64,000 nt of DNA from positions 1,633,058 through 1,697,057 of the forward strand of contig MU053487.1 of NCBI GenBank assembly GCA_013239625.1, given 5' to 3'. The notes beneath the pieces were generated by a model that did no database searches, had not been told where the DNA came from, and saw only the letters and a program-made list of their open reading frames with translations. This document shows positions 50,850 through 64,000 of the stretch, piece after piece. The position numbers and the translations under genes are program-made. The stretch's first letter is position 1. The number at the start of each line of letters is the position of its first letter. Origin of the DNA: Lama guanicoe (Eukaryota).

Positions 50850-51010
50850 CCTTTTAACATGTTGTGTCACCTTGGGCAATCTTCTTGGCCCCACTGAGTC
50901 TCAGTTATCCCATCTGTCTAATGGAAACTGTGACAGTTAGTTATTAGTGATTGTGAGGGAGAAATGAGATAACTTATAGAAGCTGCTTAACATTGCATAG
51001 GCATTAACTA
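50850..51010 (+). mobile_element. MIR
   Basis: tgtcaccttgggcaatc...ctgagtctcagttatcccatctgtctaatgg...gtgagggagaaatgagataac. Confidence 0.75.
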
Positions 51011-51519
51011 GTATGTTATCGTGATGTGTTTGATGCTTACTGTGTATCAGGCATAGTGTTAGCTGCTGGTGGTTTTGACATTACATTTGGGAATGTCACT
51101 TTCAGAGGTGCGTGCAAGTAGAACGTGTGTTACATCTGAGGTTAGAGGACTATGTAACCTAATAGTGGCCTCTGAGAGTTGGAGGTAAAAAATAGGATGA
51201 GATTTTGTTTAGAGGTGAGAATTCACAACTTTGGGGAGAGTCATGGATTGTTTTTTAACTGTCCAGAATTAAGAATGTGTCCACATAAGAATCAGGCACT
51301 CAGAACTACAGACTGACATACAAATACATATAGTATGTACACATTTTGGTACCTTTATAAATATTGCAACATTTGGATCAGTAGTGAGGTGTCTGGGGTC
51401 AGAGAAGAGGATTTGGAGGACCTAGTAAGGGCTTTAAGCCAACCAGTGATTCAAAACCCATACCCTGGGCTGTCTTACCACAGCAGTGTGACTTCAGCCT
51501 TCCAGAGGGAAATCCTGAT

Positions 51520-52048
51520 GTGTGGCAGACAGGGTCCCAGGAGGCGACCTCTGTGTCAGAGTTCAGTGTGCAGGATGTTTACTCAGGAGAGTTCTTGGGA
51601 CCGGCACCAGTGTGCAGGGAAGGGAGCGGAAGTGGATGGATACAGGGAGAGAGAAACCGCATTTCAAACCAAAGGATGAGATGGACTGCGGGGTGCTCTA
51701 CAGCTGGAACGACCTTGAAAGTCATGCCAGGGTTAAGGTGGCCAGGGTTAGGACAGTCCCAGCTCAGGTGCTTATTGGATACGGACCGTCACAGTGCAGT
51801 GTGTGGCACTGGGTGACTCAGACCCTGTAGCTGACGTGCAACGTTACCCCTCACGAGGCGGCAAGTTGGGGTGCGGGGGGTGCAGCTCAGTGGTAGAGCA
51901 CATGCTTAGCATACAGGAGGTCCTGGCTAGGTTCAGTCCTCAGTACCTCATTAAAATAAATTAATAAACCTAATTGCCCCTCCCCCAAAAATAAACAAAC
52001 AAAAAAAGAGGCAACAGGTCCTTCCTTGAAGAAGGTTCTATGTCTACA
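51520..52048 (-). mobile_element. LTR16-family LTR interrupted by a SINE
   Basis: gggtcccaggaggcgacctctg...gtgtgcaggatgtttactcaggagagttcttggga; resumes after the SINE with gcaacaggtccttccttgaag. Confidence 0.65.
51868..52007 (+). mobile_element. tRNA-derived SINE, Vic-1-like (camelid)
   Basis: A-box-like gcagctcagtggtagagc, degenerate B box ggttcagtcc, tail aaacctaattgcccctcccccaaaa plus A-rich end. Imperfect TSD gaggcggcaagt / gaggcaacaggt. Confidence 0.85.
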
Positions 52049-54369
52049 ACCCAGGTTGATCAGAAAGATAAAGTCAACACTATGATGCCCCAGAACAAGT
52101 ATGTTTTAATGCCTACCCCAGTTGCATAAAAATTGTTTCACATCACTCCTCGAGAGAAAAGCCTTAACTAGATGTGGGTCAGGTTTTTCAAAAAAGCCTT
52201 GGTTCTAAGAGGTTTCTCTCCCATTCTCCCTAGAAATAATTTTCAATCACCTACAAATCAGTATCTCCCATCTGGACTGAAGCCCAGTTTTGGTGCATAG
52301 AATTTATATTTGATATTATAGCATTATTTTATCCCAGAGAAAATGTTATATATTAACAGTTTTATTTTGGAAATCTTCAAAACAGTCACAGAAAACTAAA
52401 GATAATTGAGTCCCAAACCTCCACATATGCCTTCATGTCTGCATTTGCCCTTCTCCTTCTGGAAGGATTTTTAACAGCACAAAGCAGAGCCTCCCTTGTT
52501 CATTTGAGACAGATCCAGACGAGTGTGTCCTCAGAGTAGGGTGAGATTTCACAATGTTTGAAGTCACAAATGTCTCTTAATAGCACTGACGTGAGCGCAG
52601 TTGAAGTTGTCAGATCCTTGGTTCTGGGAAGCGCCGTGCTTACCGCCCCCCAGATCTTCAAAGTAGCACCGGGCCATCCATCCACTCACATTTCCACTGT
52701 CCTGGCTCCACAGCAAGGCCAGGGGAATGAGATTTGGATCTGAAATGCGTGCTGACGCCTGAGGCTGTCTCAATGTCCGTGGCACCCAAGAAGTACACGC
52801 CGAGAGTCACAGGCCAAAAAAGGTGCAGGACATTGAACTCAATGTGCTTCGTTGTCATAATTATGTTGTGGTTCGGGGCCTCCTCAAAATTAGTGGACCT
52901 GCCAACCTCCTGTACTCTCTGCAAATACTTCAGTCCTGTGTAAAACCAAAATCAAAATTTCTGTTTGGGAAAGGAGTATCGTAGGGAAATTCTGCAGAGA
53001 CTGTCTAGTGCAATGTTGGCCGTCGGGTTAGAACCCTGTGACTGGAGCATGCAAATCTTTTCTGATTCCTTTGCAAGTTTGAGTCCCCAGGTGGGTCTGC
53101 CAAGGTATACAGGTTGAGGTCCCAACCCTGAGGCTGTGCTTTGTAGGGAGGGCTCTGTCCTGGGCAGAACAGCCCTGGCTCGCCTGGGAGTGAGTCAGCA
53201 GTCCACCCCACCCCCTCCTCCCACCACAGATCCAGCAGGAATTTGTTGGTTGTTTGGCCCCAGAGCAGGTGGTGGTGGGGGGTTGTGGCAGTTGCATTTC
53301 CTCTTTGAGGTGGGGGCTCAGCTGTTTCCTTGGTCACGCGCCCCTCCTAAGTGCTTGGAGGAGGCAGGAGGCCAAGAATACAGCTGAGACTTGAGATGCC
53401 GCCAACTCTGGGCAGCTGCTACTCTGTTCTCTGAGCTGGAACCGACTCCAGCCTGCAGTGTGGCCTGATCTGGCTTTGGGGGAGGGGCCTCGGAGGAGTG
53501 TCACTTGCACGTTCAGAGTGACTTGACCCACCTGCTATTTGTGTGTCTACGTGTGCACATGTGTGTGTGTGCTTGTGGCTTAATTTAAGTGACACTTGTC
53601 TGACATGCAAATTAGATGAAAAAATTTAGGTCAGTGGAAAAAAACCAGACTTTCACTCTTTAGGGGTGGGGGTCAGTAGATTTGCAGATTTTAAAGGAAT
53701 TATTTTAAAAGATGTAGCTGAGGGTACCATCCAAATTCAAGAATGTAGGCATTTAATACAAGCACGTTTTGGTTTATATTTTTGTCTCTCGACCTGTGCA
53801 CAAAAGCACAGGAAGGGACATTGGGCCCAGAGCAAGACGAACTGAGTCCTGGTTGCTGTTTGACCTTTACAAAGAAAGATACATTATTCTGGACTCTATC
53901 ATTGTTTTTGGCCTAAACTTTCTATTGATTTGTTTAATATGCTCACTGAAGGCAATAAATCTCTCTGATCAAAGTATGAGAGTTTGGAGAAGCAAAACAG
54001 CTAAATAAGTGGAAAGTTTGGGACAAAAGGCTAAAAAGTCAATTTTTTAAAAATCCCAAAATCAAAACGTGTACTTAGCGCATACACAGACACACATTTC
54101 TAAGGCTCTATTTCTACTTAGCAGTAGTTGATGGGTCTTTAAAATGGCTTCCCATAGAGTTGTTTTATGTAATGTAAACATATCCATTGGAGGTAAGAGA
54201 TCATATCAAACATTCAGGATTTTGTTATTTACTATATTTGAGAAACAAACATCGCTTGAGTTCATGAACCTACCCTCCTATTTAAAAGCATTGCTGTGGA
54301 CAAAGAGCCACTTTTAATGAACTCTACTCGGTTTTTTAAACAATTAATACAAGTTCCTCCTCAAATCTG

Positions 54370-54460
54370 GGTCCTCCAGAGGGCAGGGCTGGATTCTAGT
54401 CATCTTTGCACCCCTGTTCCTATAAAGGTGCTTGTTAAAAGTATGTAAAACAAATGAAAA
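54370..54460 (+). mobile_element. L2 3' end fragment
   Basis: ctccagagggcagggctgg...catctttgcacccc...ggtgcttgttaaaagtatg...aatgaa. Confidence 0.5.
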
Positions 54461-55559
54461 GGTGTTCAATGTATGCGGTTCATTAGTTTTGCAAGGCAAG
54501 GAAATGTGATGGTAATGATGTGTGTGGTCACAGTTTTAAAAATCGCCAGATCCTTGCTCTCAGTGTCACAGCTCAAAGGAGCTTTGCCCACCTTGTCTTC
54601 CCAGACCCTGAACTGCAACCTGCCTCTCCAAGACCAGTGGCTGCAGTCAGGAACTGTTTCAAAGTGACAGACCTACAGATGGCTGCTCAGTAAAAGGGAC
54701 CATAGCTGGTGTAGACGGGGAAAAAATGATTACAGGTGTCACCAGGCACCTTCCCTGAACCCAAACCTACAAAGAAGGGAATCACATCTCTTTTAATGAA
54801 GTTACAGGGTCTCCCCACAAATGGTTGAACTTTTTGGTTGATTCCTTGAAAGTAAGCTTAGAACACAATATTCAAGTCAATGGCTCCATATAAAAATATC
54901 CTTGAATTCTTAAGAAACTTTAGTCCAGTCTGACTTATAATTGTTCTTGACTTTGGTTTTAATGCACTTGAGTTGTTTTGATTTTGATATTTATCCCGAA
55001 AATAAAACATATTTTATGGTCATTTAAACGTTTATCTGACTGATTTTGAGATTGTTACGGCATTATTAAAGCAGTTCGTACAGTTGTGTTAAATGGTTTG
55101 GTTTGTGTGTAAGGTATTTTTCTTTAGTTTTATCTTGGATGTTTATTTAATACACGGAATTTCATAGATTTAATTCCTCTTATTACACATTTGATTTGAT
55201 GTACTTATTCTCTACTTTTGGTTTTATTAACAGTTCTATGCGTTGTCTTTATATTCACGTTTTCTGATTGAACGGGTAATTTCATTGCAACAACAGACAT
55301 GCTTTGTGCTGCCATTAACACTGAGAGTAGCCTATTTGAACACATTCAGTATTTTTTTATCTCTTCTAAATCTTTAAGGATGCTTTTTCTGTGTGTTAAA
55401 CCAAAGTAGGTTCATTGGAGAAGACCTAGAAAGACTAGGGTAAGCATGCACCCTCAACTGTCCCGTGGTTCCCTCCCAGGAATGGCCACGGGCGTCACGC
55501 TGGCAGGCTTTGAGCGTTCATTACCGGCGTGTGCTGATGGTTATTCTCACTCATTTCAG

Positions 55560-55780
55560 AGTGTTGTGGTTAAACTTGAAGTCCTGGGACCCATCTGTCA
55601 GAATGAACTCTGGCCCCATCTTTTCCTAGAATGAAATCTTAGCTCTGATACTTAATGTCTCTGTGGCTCAGTTTCCTCTCCTTTAAAATAGAACATTTAA
55701 GAGTTAATTCTTTTATCCTATATTATTTTAATCAAAATAATGTCAAATGCAAAGTATCCAATAAACGTATTGGAATTCTT
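55560..55780 (+). mobile_element. MIR (degenerate)
   Basis: gtggttaa...aatcttagctctgatactta...ctctgtggctcagtttcctctcctttaaaatag. Confidence 0.55.
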
Positions 55781-57039
55781 TTAATTCGACTTTGTTTACG
55801 TTAGCATGTAACTATTTTGATGTAAAATTTACTTCTATCATAGTAAAAGTAGTTTTGTTTCCCAGTGTGATTTATGGCAGTGATAATGATAATGGAGTAA
55901 TAATTGCTAGTTTGGAAGTGTGATCTCAGCAGTTTTGCATTATGACTAGGACTATAATCTCTCGACTTGTTAAATTTGTGTATTCAATCATTAATTCACT
56001 AAATAAGTGCTTTATCAAATCATGACTGAACACCAGGTGTTTCAGTACAATAAAAATAAAGAGTCTTGGTTTTTAAAGAAGTTATGTGAGAGATAAGTAA
56101 CTTACAGATTCTTCCAGAAGATGCAAGAATCTTTTTTTTTTTTTCAGTGTCTCTTGGAAGCTGGGTTCTCTTTGCTTTCTTCTTCATAAGTTTTGGAGAG
56201 GTGCTGGATTAAAAGAAGAGAAAGAAGCAATGTTAAATTTTTTTTATAGTTAATTAAAAGAAAGTGTAATCTAACCTGATATGGAACTTAAATTGCACAA
56301 AACCTTAATTTATAGTGACAATTTGAAGGGTTTGTATATAGCAGCACTCCAAAACAACACATTCTGGAAGCTAGCAAGCGAGTAGCGGTTTTGACAGCAT
56401 GTATATTCTTGAGTAGACACTGATTTTTAAAAGGCAGACCTGTATACAACAGGATTGCAGCCTTGGGTACCCTTAGTTGTGACTGGAGCATCCCTGTACC
56501 ATCTCTGAATTCATTTTTATCCATTTGAGGGGAGGAGTAGTCTTAAATAAATAAGTGCTCATTTTTGCCTGAGCATATCTACACTAAAAAAAAGAGAAAA
56601 AAGATGAGACCCTCAAAACCTTTTTTAGGGTGAAAGCTGTGAGTGTCTAATAAATGTTGTGTTTATTGCATTCTTCATATATATCCGAGATGTGAGTGAC
56701 TGTGTGTCTATCTGTGCTTATGAACGTGTATCTTTAAAGAGCTTGTATTAAGATGGTAAATAGGCCATGGTGAATACAATATCAACAGCTTATTACTGCT
56801 AGCCAGAAAACAAACTTTTGCTCTAGTGTTTATTTCAAGAAAAGGCTGCAGTTATCTTTCAAAATCCACTAGGAGACCTGCCCTCAAAGTTTAGCTGTAA
56901 TGGTTTAAGGAGAACGAAAAACAACAGAAAAAAAATTTCTCCTAATATGCACATACAACTTCTGAAAAAAGAAAGTATTTGAAAGTGCTACATCATAAAC
57001 ATTTTAAGAGAAAGCTTCCTACGTTTTCCACCAGCTTTT

Positions 57040-57148
57040 TTTTAAGGTAGGGAGGTAATTAGGTTTACTGATTTGGAGGCACTGGGGATTGAACCTAGGG
57101 CCTCATGCACGCTAGGGATGCACTCTACCACTGAGTACCCTCCCCGCC
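57040..57148 (-). mobile_element. tRNA-derived SINE, Vic-1-like (camelid)
   Basis: gggaggtaattaggttt...ctggggattgaacctagggcctcatgcacgctagg...ctctaccactgag is the reverse complement of the 51868 SINE family. Imperfect TSD tttccaccagctttt / tttctactagttttt. Confidence 0.85.
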
Positions 57149-60100
57149 TTTCTACTAGTTTTTAATAATGTTGCCAGGACACAAAATCAGCAATAAAGCC
57201 CAGGCCCCTCAACCAGGTTGTATCTAGAGAAAGTCAGGTGATAAAGCAGGTCTTGCTTTCTAACCAGAGCATTTTTTAAACAAAATTCTTCCAAAATTGG
57301 CTGACCAAATTCATGTATAAATGATACAGCAAACGAGGAGTATCTAGATAGGCAGCAATTCTTTGGTTTTTGAGTGTCTCCTGCAATTTGGCTCCTTGGG
57401 GAGCCAGTGGAGGGAACAGGCAGTGTTTTCTGTTCCTGTGTCACTCTCGCCTCTCTCCATCCGGAGTATTTGAAGCTGGGAAGAAATTTCGGCTTGACCT
57501 GAAATTGGCGTCTGGGGCATGTCTGAGCCCTCCATAGAAGTGGTCAGGCCTCAGAGTTTCCAGAAGGAATGCTCCCAGAATTAAGAATATCCTGTCAGGT
57601 TATAAGGGTAGCTTTGAACCAGAGGGGATTTCAAAGACATGGAACTGTACAAATTACACGTGTTCTGTCTGTCTCTCTCTCTCTGTACACACACATACAC
57701 AGACTACTCGTGCGGATCTTAAATCTTAATATTTAAATGAGGATACTAACAATGCCTTGTGAGGCTAAAAGTAGTCACTCATGTTAACATGCTTAAACTG
57801 TTTGTGCTTATAGATTCAAATTACTTTTCTTATTATGTACGTGACTTTTGAGGCAACGGGATCCAGTCATGTTCTTTGAACTTCTTTTTTTTTCCTTCGG
57901 TGAAATTGCTTAATTGTTTGACATGCAGAACGTGTTATTCTATATCCCATACTTCAACAAATACAAGAGAATGCCCTTCCTGTTACTGTTACTGTTTATC
58001 TGTAACAATGAACCATCTTGTCTCTGCTTAGATGCTAGTGATGATGAGTGAATGACTCTTTCTGTCCTCCTACCTGTAAATCTATATGTGAAAATTAAAG
58101 CTTGTTTCAGGCTTCATCATGAATTCTTCCAAATATTCCATGTTCTACTTTCACATGTTAATTTTGCATGTTTTTTCCTGAGAGTCGGGCTGGCCTGCCT
58201 GCCCACCTCCCCTTCCTCCCTCCTGTAAGTATCATTATGAGTAAAGAAAAGTTATGATTTTTCCCCACTATATAATTTTCACCATGTTTACCACTTAGAC
58301 TTTTTATTGAGGAGATCGTACCTACCAAAAAAGTTTCACTTCTGAGCGTGCCTTGCTATAGATCATGAATGCAACTAACAGCTTCTCCTCTCTTATCTGT
58401 GTTTACAGTCTTGAAGGTAGCACAGATAAGCCAGAAACTCAAAAAAGCTCTGTGTTGCACATTACATAAGATTGATAGATATTTCATTTCCATGTATATC
58501 AAGTCATCAACCTGATTCTTTCCCAAATAATTTCAGCCTGGCCATTTCTGTATGTGTAGCTTGGATGCACAATCTTGCAAACTTTTAACACCTGTATCAC
58601 TTACGTTTCTGTTCTTTGATTCAAGCCCAGATTTCCAGCCCCCATTCTAGGGATCAAGTTGGTTGTTCTACTTTGTTGCAAGGATACTACATCCCATTTG
58701 ATTTTTAAGTTCAAGGCTGTACATTAGAGACATCAAAGTGCATGCATAAGCTTCATGCCTTTCTTCCTAAAATCTCAGTTTGCCCTGGTCCAGCCACACC
58801 TCCCTTTTTTGAAGTCTCTGAAAATTGTGTGCTTCAAGACTGGTTTGTTCCAATCTTATGACACATATACAAATCTAACAGCCCCTTTCCAACCCTTAGC
58901 TTAAGAATTATAGAATCCATGAACAGAATGACCCCAAAGCTCCAACTTCGCCATCAGGAATCCTTAAGGAATTCTTGCACCCAGCTTACCCCTTTTCTTT
59001 CAGTATTCATGTGACCATTCAGCCCTGGGACCCCAGGCCAGCATCTCCCATCACCTAAGTTGAGACTGACCATGTATCTCCTGAACTCCATCAATAATTT
59101 CTGCCACTTCCTTTATGTAGAATGGTTTGATAACCTACTTCTCCCTTTTTTTTCCCCCGCATCAGGTAACTCTAGCTAACTCTAATAATTCACAGAGCTT
59201 ACAGCTGCTCATAGTTTTATAAGATTATCAAAATGCGTTAGATATTTAAAAACACAGAATTATGAAAAGCAAACCCCCACTTTCCTCAACTCGGGTTTCT
59301 CAGGATTGAAGGGTCTTGCTGGAAAGTTCGAACAGGAAGCATCCAAAGAGAAGAGTCCATCAGAGTAGAAGGCATTCACCTGCAAGATGCTGTAGTCTGG
59401 AATGCAGCTAACTCTTTAACTGTCTCTTAAGTAAGAATATTTCATTTAAAAAAAAATGAGCCTTGAGGTCAGGCTTGGGGCAGGGAGATGGGGGAGACAT
59501 CATCGTGTCTGCCAAGCTTTTGAGGTAGGGAGTGGTCATGTGATTGCAACTCTGACGTTGAACGGCAGCCCCTTTCTTTCAAGTGATCAACCACACCTCC
59601 CTTTGGGTTCTGTGCCAAGCAGGGCATGTGGGGTCTGATCAGCATGGCCACAGATGGCCCAGCCCTGGAGGGGCGCCCAGCACAAACAGGCACACACGCT
59701 TTCATATGTCTTAAGTAGGAAATGACCTTCCGGCTAAGCCCTGGGACACATGGCAAAAAAAGAAAAAAAAAAATTAAAAAACAGATTCTGCTCCACCAAC
59801 GAGTTACCAGTTTCCCGAAAATGTTTCCTTCCTAGAAATAGATCCATTTCTCCTTCCAGCACATTGGGAGGCCTTGAGTTCTTGTGTGTTTGCGAAACTG
59901 TCTACAGTGCGGGAGACGCTGGCCCGCGGTCCGGGGAACTGAGGGTCAGTCTTCTGCCCGCGTTCTTCGTCTGGAAGACTTCAGAACATTTGTGTTTAAA
60001 GTGGGACCCCTCGGTGGCTTAAAATAAAGGCTTAGAGACACCGTCTTGCATATTGGCTTTCATTTACTAGATATTTGCTCTCCCTGAGGCCCCGTTAAGT

Positions 60101-63100
60101 CCTCTCTCTGGAGACTCGTAGCTCCATTCACTCCCAGTCCGCTCGCCTCCTCTTCCAGGAAAGGAGGCATCACGTGAGACGTGGTTTCCCACCTCCTTCT
60201 ACAGCACTTGTGGTCCGAACCCTTTTCTCACCTGAGTTCACATGTGTCCTGTGGTGGTTTTGTTGGTACTTACTCCCCTGCGTCTATGGTTCAGATAGAC
60301 TTTCTAGAGATTTCATTGTGGTGAGGAGAAATTCCGATGCAGTGTTGCTAGCCGTTAAAACCGAAAACCCTCCGATGTCAAATGAACTCATTTATCCTAC
60401 ATGTCGAGTGCATCTTCTCACAGGAAGTCTGAGGAGAGGAGGAATTACTTATCGAACACTTAACGTTCTTACCTCGTAAACATGTTGATCTCAGCACAGT
60501 GGCTTTTTCGTGTTCATGACTGCATTTGCCTGGGCATCGATACGTAATTTTGGGTAGCACTATCCTAGGCAGGGTGGAGAAAGAGGAAAAACAAAACAGG
60601 ATAAAGAAAGAGTCCTGCTTTCAAGAAGGGGCAGATTCCACCCACAGGATGAAGTTAGAGCATCCTCTTCTTTGTGGTTTGAACACTGGGGCACCTGTGT
60701 GGGTGGCATGTCACCCTGAGGGGTGCAGTGACACAGGTGAGACCCCCGATGAAGTGAGCTCTGGAAATGGGATGGGAGGGACTCGATATAATAACTGAAA
60801 ACCTGGAGTTTGAAAGGAAAGAGAGGCACTACTTCTATATATATTTTTTTAGCCTGGAAATGTGATCAAGGCCTCACGATCTGGCCAGTTTAATTGTGAC
60901 AAATCATACATTTGATTTTTTTCGGGAAAGTTACGAAACTACCAACGACCTGAAGAAACTGACCTCCATGTCCGTCTTCAGTTCAGGGGCTCAACTCTTT
61001 CCTTTTATCATTAATGAGAACGTCTGTCCATTGTCCATTTTCTGGTAATTACATCTACTAGTTCCCTTAAGATGGCGTTCAAATTAACTTTTGCAAACAG
61101 AAGACTTTGAGGAACCCATAAAGTCCCAGGTTGGCAGCGGTGTGTATTGTGTGTACTGTGTGTCCTCTGGGTTGCAGTGCTTTGCTCCCAAACCCCTTTG
61201 TCTGTTGAATTCCCTAATTGGGCTGGTAGCTCTGCCAGGGGCAAGCACCATCTCTTTCGTTTCTCTAGTGTCTTCTCCAAAACGCCATGCCGCTGTCGGT
61301 GCTCACTGGGTCAGCTGGGGCTTTCTCTCTGGATGGACGGGCCCCCCATCATGGATACCACGGAGCTCACACAGGCCCAAGCCCTCTTGAGACTCACCTA
61401 TCCACAAGCATATCATGGTTTTGCACATTCACCTTTTAGTGGCCGTTGGGTGTTTTCCCGTAACATTGCCTTGTTGGTTAATAGGGCTCCGAATGTTTAG
61501 ATGCCTTGGCTCTTGGGTGGAGAAAGCCAAAAAATGGTCCAGCAACCAAGCCAGCACTGGTTAGAATCCAGGTGGCATTCAGAGCCCCCTTTCATTAACT
61601 GAGTCCGCAAGTCCTCCTGTGTGTCAGGCCCTATTCTCAGCCCTGGAGTTAGTACAGAGGTAGAGCACACAGGAAAAAATCTCTTGTGTAGCTTATGTCA
61701 TGGGGTGGGGGGGGGTGATTATTACAGCTTGGCTCAAATATTGAGTCTTTTAAAGAGCGACTCATCTGAGTTTCTCAGACCTGCAGAGTTCTGTGAGTGA
61801 AGGAGCCAACAGCCAGCTGACCTAACACGAAAGAGACCAGCTAAGTAGACAACGGGATGCCTTCCCCACCACAGGTAGCAACAACGAATAGTGCCGTGGA
61901 TGTGAGGATAAAATACAGTAATCTATGGAAACTGCTCAGTCCAGAATCTGCCGTGTGGAAGTAAACAATAAACGCAGGTACTGGTGTGGTAGTTAAATCT
62001 GGTAGAAGAGCTCGCTATCCGTATTAGCGCACGACTGTAGCCCAGAGCCAGGAGCATACCTAACATGCCCTTTGCTCCCGGGGCTCCTGACATTCTCGGG
62101 CTCCGCTGGGGATGCAGCAGGCGTGCACCTCTGGTAAATCTCTCTGTTCTGCCACTCCCCGCCTTGTGGGTGGAGAGCTCTCCTCCTGTAGTCATAGACC
62201 CTCAGGCCTGCATTTTGACTTTATTTTTGGAAGCACCCTAATTCCTTTGCTCCCCTGGAAGACCTTTCCATTCTTCTGCTGTCATAGGGGGTGGAGAGAG
62301 GCAGAGCTGAGGTCAAGGTGGGTCATTTAAACTTCGATTATTTTTGATTAGGTTTAGGAATGATGTCAGGTTAGCAATCAATCTGAAAAGGTGACATAAA
62401 GGCACAAAATATTCATATGCGAAGGCACCAAATGGTACCCATTAACCTAAGGAAAAACGAAGACATGATGGCAACAGAAACCTCTTATTTTTGCTAATTT
62501 ATGTAAGGAAAGAACATGAATTTTATCACCATTTCAAAAATCAGAGTAACAATTTGTCAATCTATCTTTGCTTTCACTCATTTTCTCTAAATGTCTCCTC
62601 CCTTCTTTCCTGCAAGAAAGGTTTTAATAGCACGAACATTTAGCTCACACTCTGGCACCCAGAAATGCGTCACATTTAAATTAAGTTTCATTGTTTTGGG
62701 AATGACACATGCATCTTTCACTTCTTGTAGGAATAAAGGAGAAAAGAGTGCATGACAGATATGCTGAATAAAATTAATATTTCTCTCCACTCTTTTTTTG
62801 GAAGTGCCTCTTCTCTTCATGATGAATTTTTTTAATCATTTTGAATTCTTTAAGCCAGAGTTGAAAATATGCATTTTCTGATAAATCCTTGTTCCATTAC
62901 AAGGTGTCTCCAATATATATAACTGCACATAAATAATGGGTTATTTTCTTGGCATCCAGATCTTGCAGAAAAGGACATTTTAAAATATTGTATTGAACAG
63001 AATTGAACTGAATTTAGAATTCAGACATTCTAACAGCAATGAGATTAATAACGTTCAAGCCAAAATATTTCACGTGATCACCCCCCCCCCACCGCTTCAC

Positions 63101-64000
63101 TGAAATAGTGTTGTTTGTCCCAGGAGATTGCAGTACAGTGATACCGAGGGAAATATTTAGGGTCAGTGTGCAACTTGGTGGGATTCCTGGAAGATCTAAC
63201 TGCTTAGGAACATGGGTGTTTGAACAAAGTTATATGAGATCATTATCAACAAGATCCCAGCAGGGCTCTTTACATTCCTGGAAAATTTGTTTCAGTTATG
63301 CTTGGAATGAAAAGGCAACTTCCCAAGTCTGAGATTCTGGCTTTTTCCTTGAAGATTAGGAAGACACTCATTTCCAAATGTTACATGTGTTCTGGCACCA
63401 GAAGTTTCTAATGGATTATTCCACATTAAAAAAAAAATTATAACGCCTTCCTGCATACCCTGGGCGCACTCTATTTGGGAATCATGCAGACATGTGATTT
63501 CCTGCATGGCCTCTGCAAAGACGGGTCCTGCGAGTTGTAGAAGTGGAAGCAGGAAACTGGCCAGATGGCTTGCAGGTAACTGGAGGTCATTCTGAGAACT
63601 GTGGCTTATGGACTTTGAGGAGTTTCAAAGAGCAAGGCTGAGCATGATGTCCAGAAACCCATGTGTCTATATGATATTAGGGATAAAATCGAGGAAGAAA
63701 CACACATTCCACTATCAGACAAACTGTTCACGCCATTTCTATGCAGTATTTTCTGATTCACGGGAGAGGGAAGAGATAGTGGTCTAGGGGGAAACAGTGT
63801 GTGGGCGTCTCTGGCAATATCCTGAGAATTAATTACACAGATTAGCTGAGCCCAGTCTGTATTTCTAATAGGGCCCTCAGTCACTGGAGGAACACAGGGT
63901 TTTAAGAAGAGCTCTGATCCCTAGTCAAAATGACAGTGTTTTTGAGCCAGCTCTGCCGCTACATGGTTGTGGATTTGTCCAAGTCGATGGGTTTGGTATC

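Larger units (their letters stand above)
27518..64000 (+). other. Probable long first intron, continuing beyond the window
   Basis: Inferred from the donor site and the lack of any recognisable coding exon downstream. Small non-coding exons cannot be excluded. Confidence 0.45.

Noticed and set aside
51868..51950. tRNA gene
   Set aside because: The tRNA-like head has a degenerate B box and continues into a SINE tail, A-rich end and TSD. The same applies to the 57040-57148 copy.
52500..52943. Cluster of short ORFs with mild CpG enrichment as a pseudogene or exon
   Set aside because: No recognisable protein similarity, poly(A)/TSD or convincing splice-site pair.

Overview
Mammalian genomic DNA, very probably a camelid (alpaca, llama or camel). 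The evidence is two tRNA-derived SINEs resembling the camelid Vic-1 family and young L1 3' ends of a type I recall from camelid genomes. I recognise no intact protein-coding sequence: the listed ORFs are chance, GC-driven or transposon-derived. The central feature is a CpG island at about 25.99-27.34 kb, with GC boxes, G-quadruplex motifs and a GA-rich tract. It leads into a probable non-coding first exon on the + strand, with a donor AAG|GTAATA at 27517/27518, followed by what looks like a long first intron running past the window end. The gene cannot be named from this window. The upstream ~21 kb is a dense patchwork of MLT1, LTR16 and MER54-like LTRs, MIR, old and young L1, CR1/L3 and MER53/MER58 elements, while ~22-36 kb is notably poor in recognisable repeats. 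I do not see a convincing new biological system. The most interesting leads are a possible very old non-LTR reverse-transcriptase fossil split by a young L1, a 5'-end-only L1 with target-site duplications, poly(A) signals inside the first exon, candidate recursive splice sites and microexons, and several recent duplications and inverted repeats. Repeat family names come from my recollection of consensus sequences, not from a search, and repeat boundaries are approximate.
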